Positions 57,701 through 64,000 of a DNA stretch of 64,000 bases are shown in pieces. Position numbers and translations under genes: made by a program. How positions within the stretch are numbered: position 1 is the first letter of the stretch; every line of letters starts with the position of its first letter. Under the pieces are notes generated by a model. It was given only the letters and a program-made list of their open reading frames with translations. It was not told the DNA's origin and made no database searches. The stretch is from Tubiluchus corallicola (Eukaryota; Animalia; Priapulida). The DNA is taken from contig JAQGDQ010000049.1 in the NCBI GenBank assembly GCA_030141605.1, positions 744,001 through 808,000 of the forward strand, given 5' to 3'.

Positions 57701-58134
57701 TGTTACAACCAAATGGCTAAATCCAGTGGCTATACATATATAGACATATCTATTTTTGAAATATTGGAGATTGTATTGTTACATTATATTAGAGATTTAA
57801 CATTTCTATAAGCTAGTATCAGCATTATATATGACTTGTGAAGAATCAGCAGCATATTTGAATCTATGTGAGTTAATTCTGTTCTTGTGAATTATGGACC
57901 ACAGTTGTTTCCTGGTGATTTTATTAGTCTTGTTATTATGCTGAATATACTCAACGGACTGATCAATGTTTACCCGCAAGGTACGTTTTTAGTCTGTCTG
58001 ATTGTAAGTGACTGTTTTCTGGAGTCAAACTGATATTTTTTACATTATTCTTTCCTAGGTGCAGAGCTGTACACTTTTTATCTGAAGCAGCATTTGCCTA
58101 TTTTTTGACGTTACATCATCATAGTGCCCACATC

Positions 58135-63975
<5,841 letters not shown>

Positions 63976-64000
63976 GTTAGTTTTTCTTTATCAGTTTCAA

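Noticed and set aside
57000-57950. Possible decayed minus-strand LINE
   Set aside because: Composition is suggestive, but I could not read diagnostic motifs.

Overview
AT-rich, intron-containing genomic DNA from an invertebrate metazoan, probably an ecdysozoan/arthropod-like lineage (inferred from protein style). It is not prokaryotic. In order, the window holds: the 3' end of an R2/NeSL-type RLE non-LTR retrotransposon inside an intron of a ZP-domain (cuticlin-like) membrane protein gene (+); RPE (-) head-to-head with UBA52/RPL40 (+); a PAA1/AANAT-like GNAT acetyltransferase (+); RMC1/C18orf8 (-) head-to-head with RPL9 (+); MRPL28 (-); and the 5' part of cytoplasmic LARS1 (+). Introns carry nested MITEs, decayed LINEs, tRNA-like SINE heads, local duplications and microsatellites. 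The best-supported unusual features are a U12-type (minor spliceosome) intron in RMC1, a GC-AG intron in RPL9, the non-rDNA RLE retroelement with a highly structured 3' UTR, and the PAA1-type acetyltransferase. Several candidate structured RNAs and cryptic exons are also reported. I found no clear-cut novel multi-gene system. Exon coordinates were derived by hand and may be off by a few bases.
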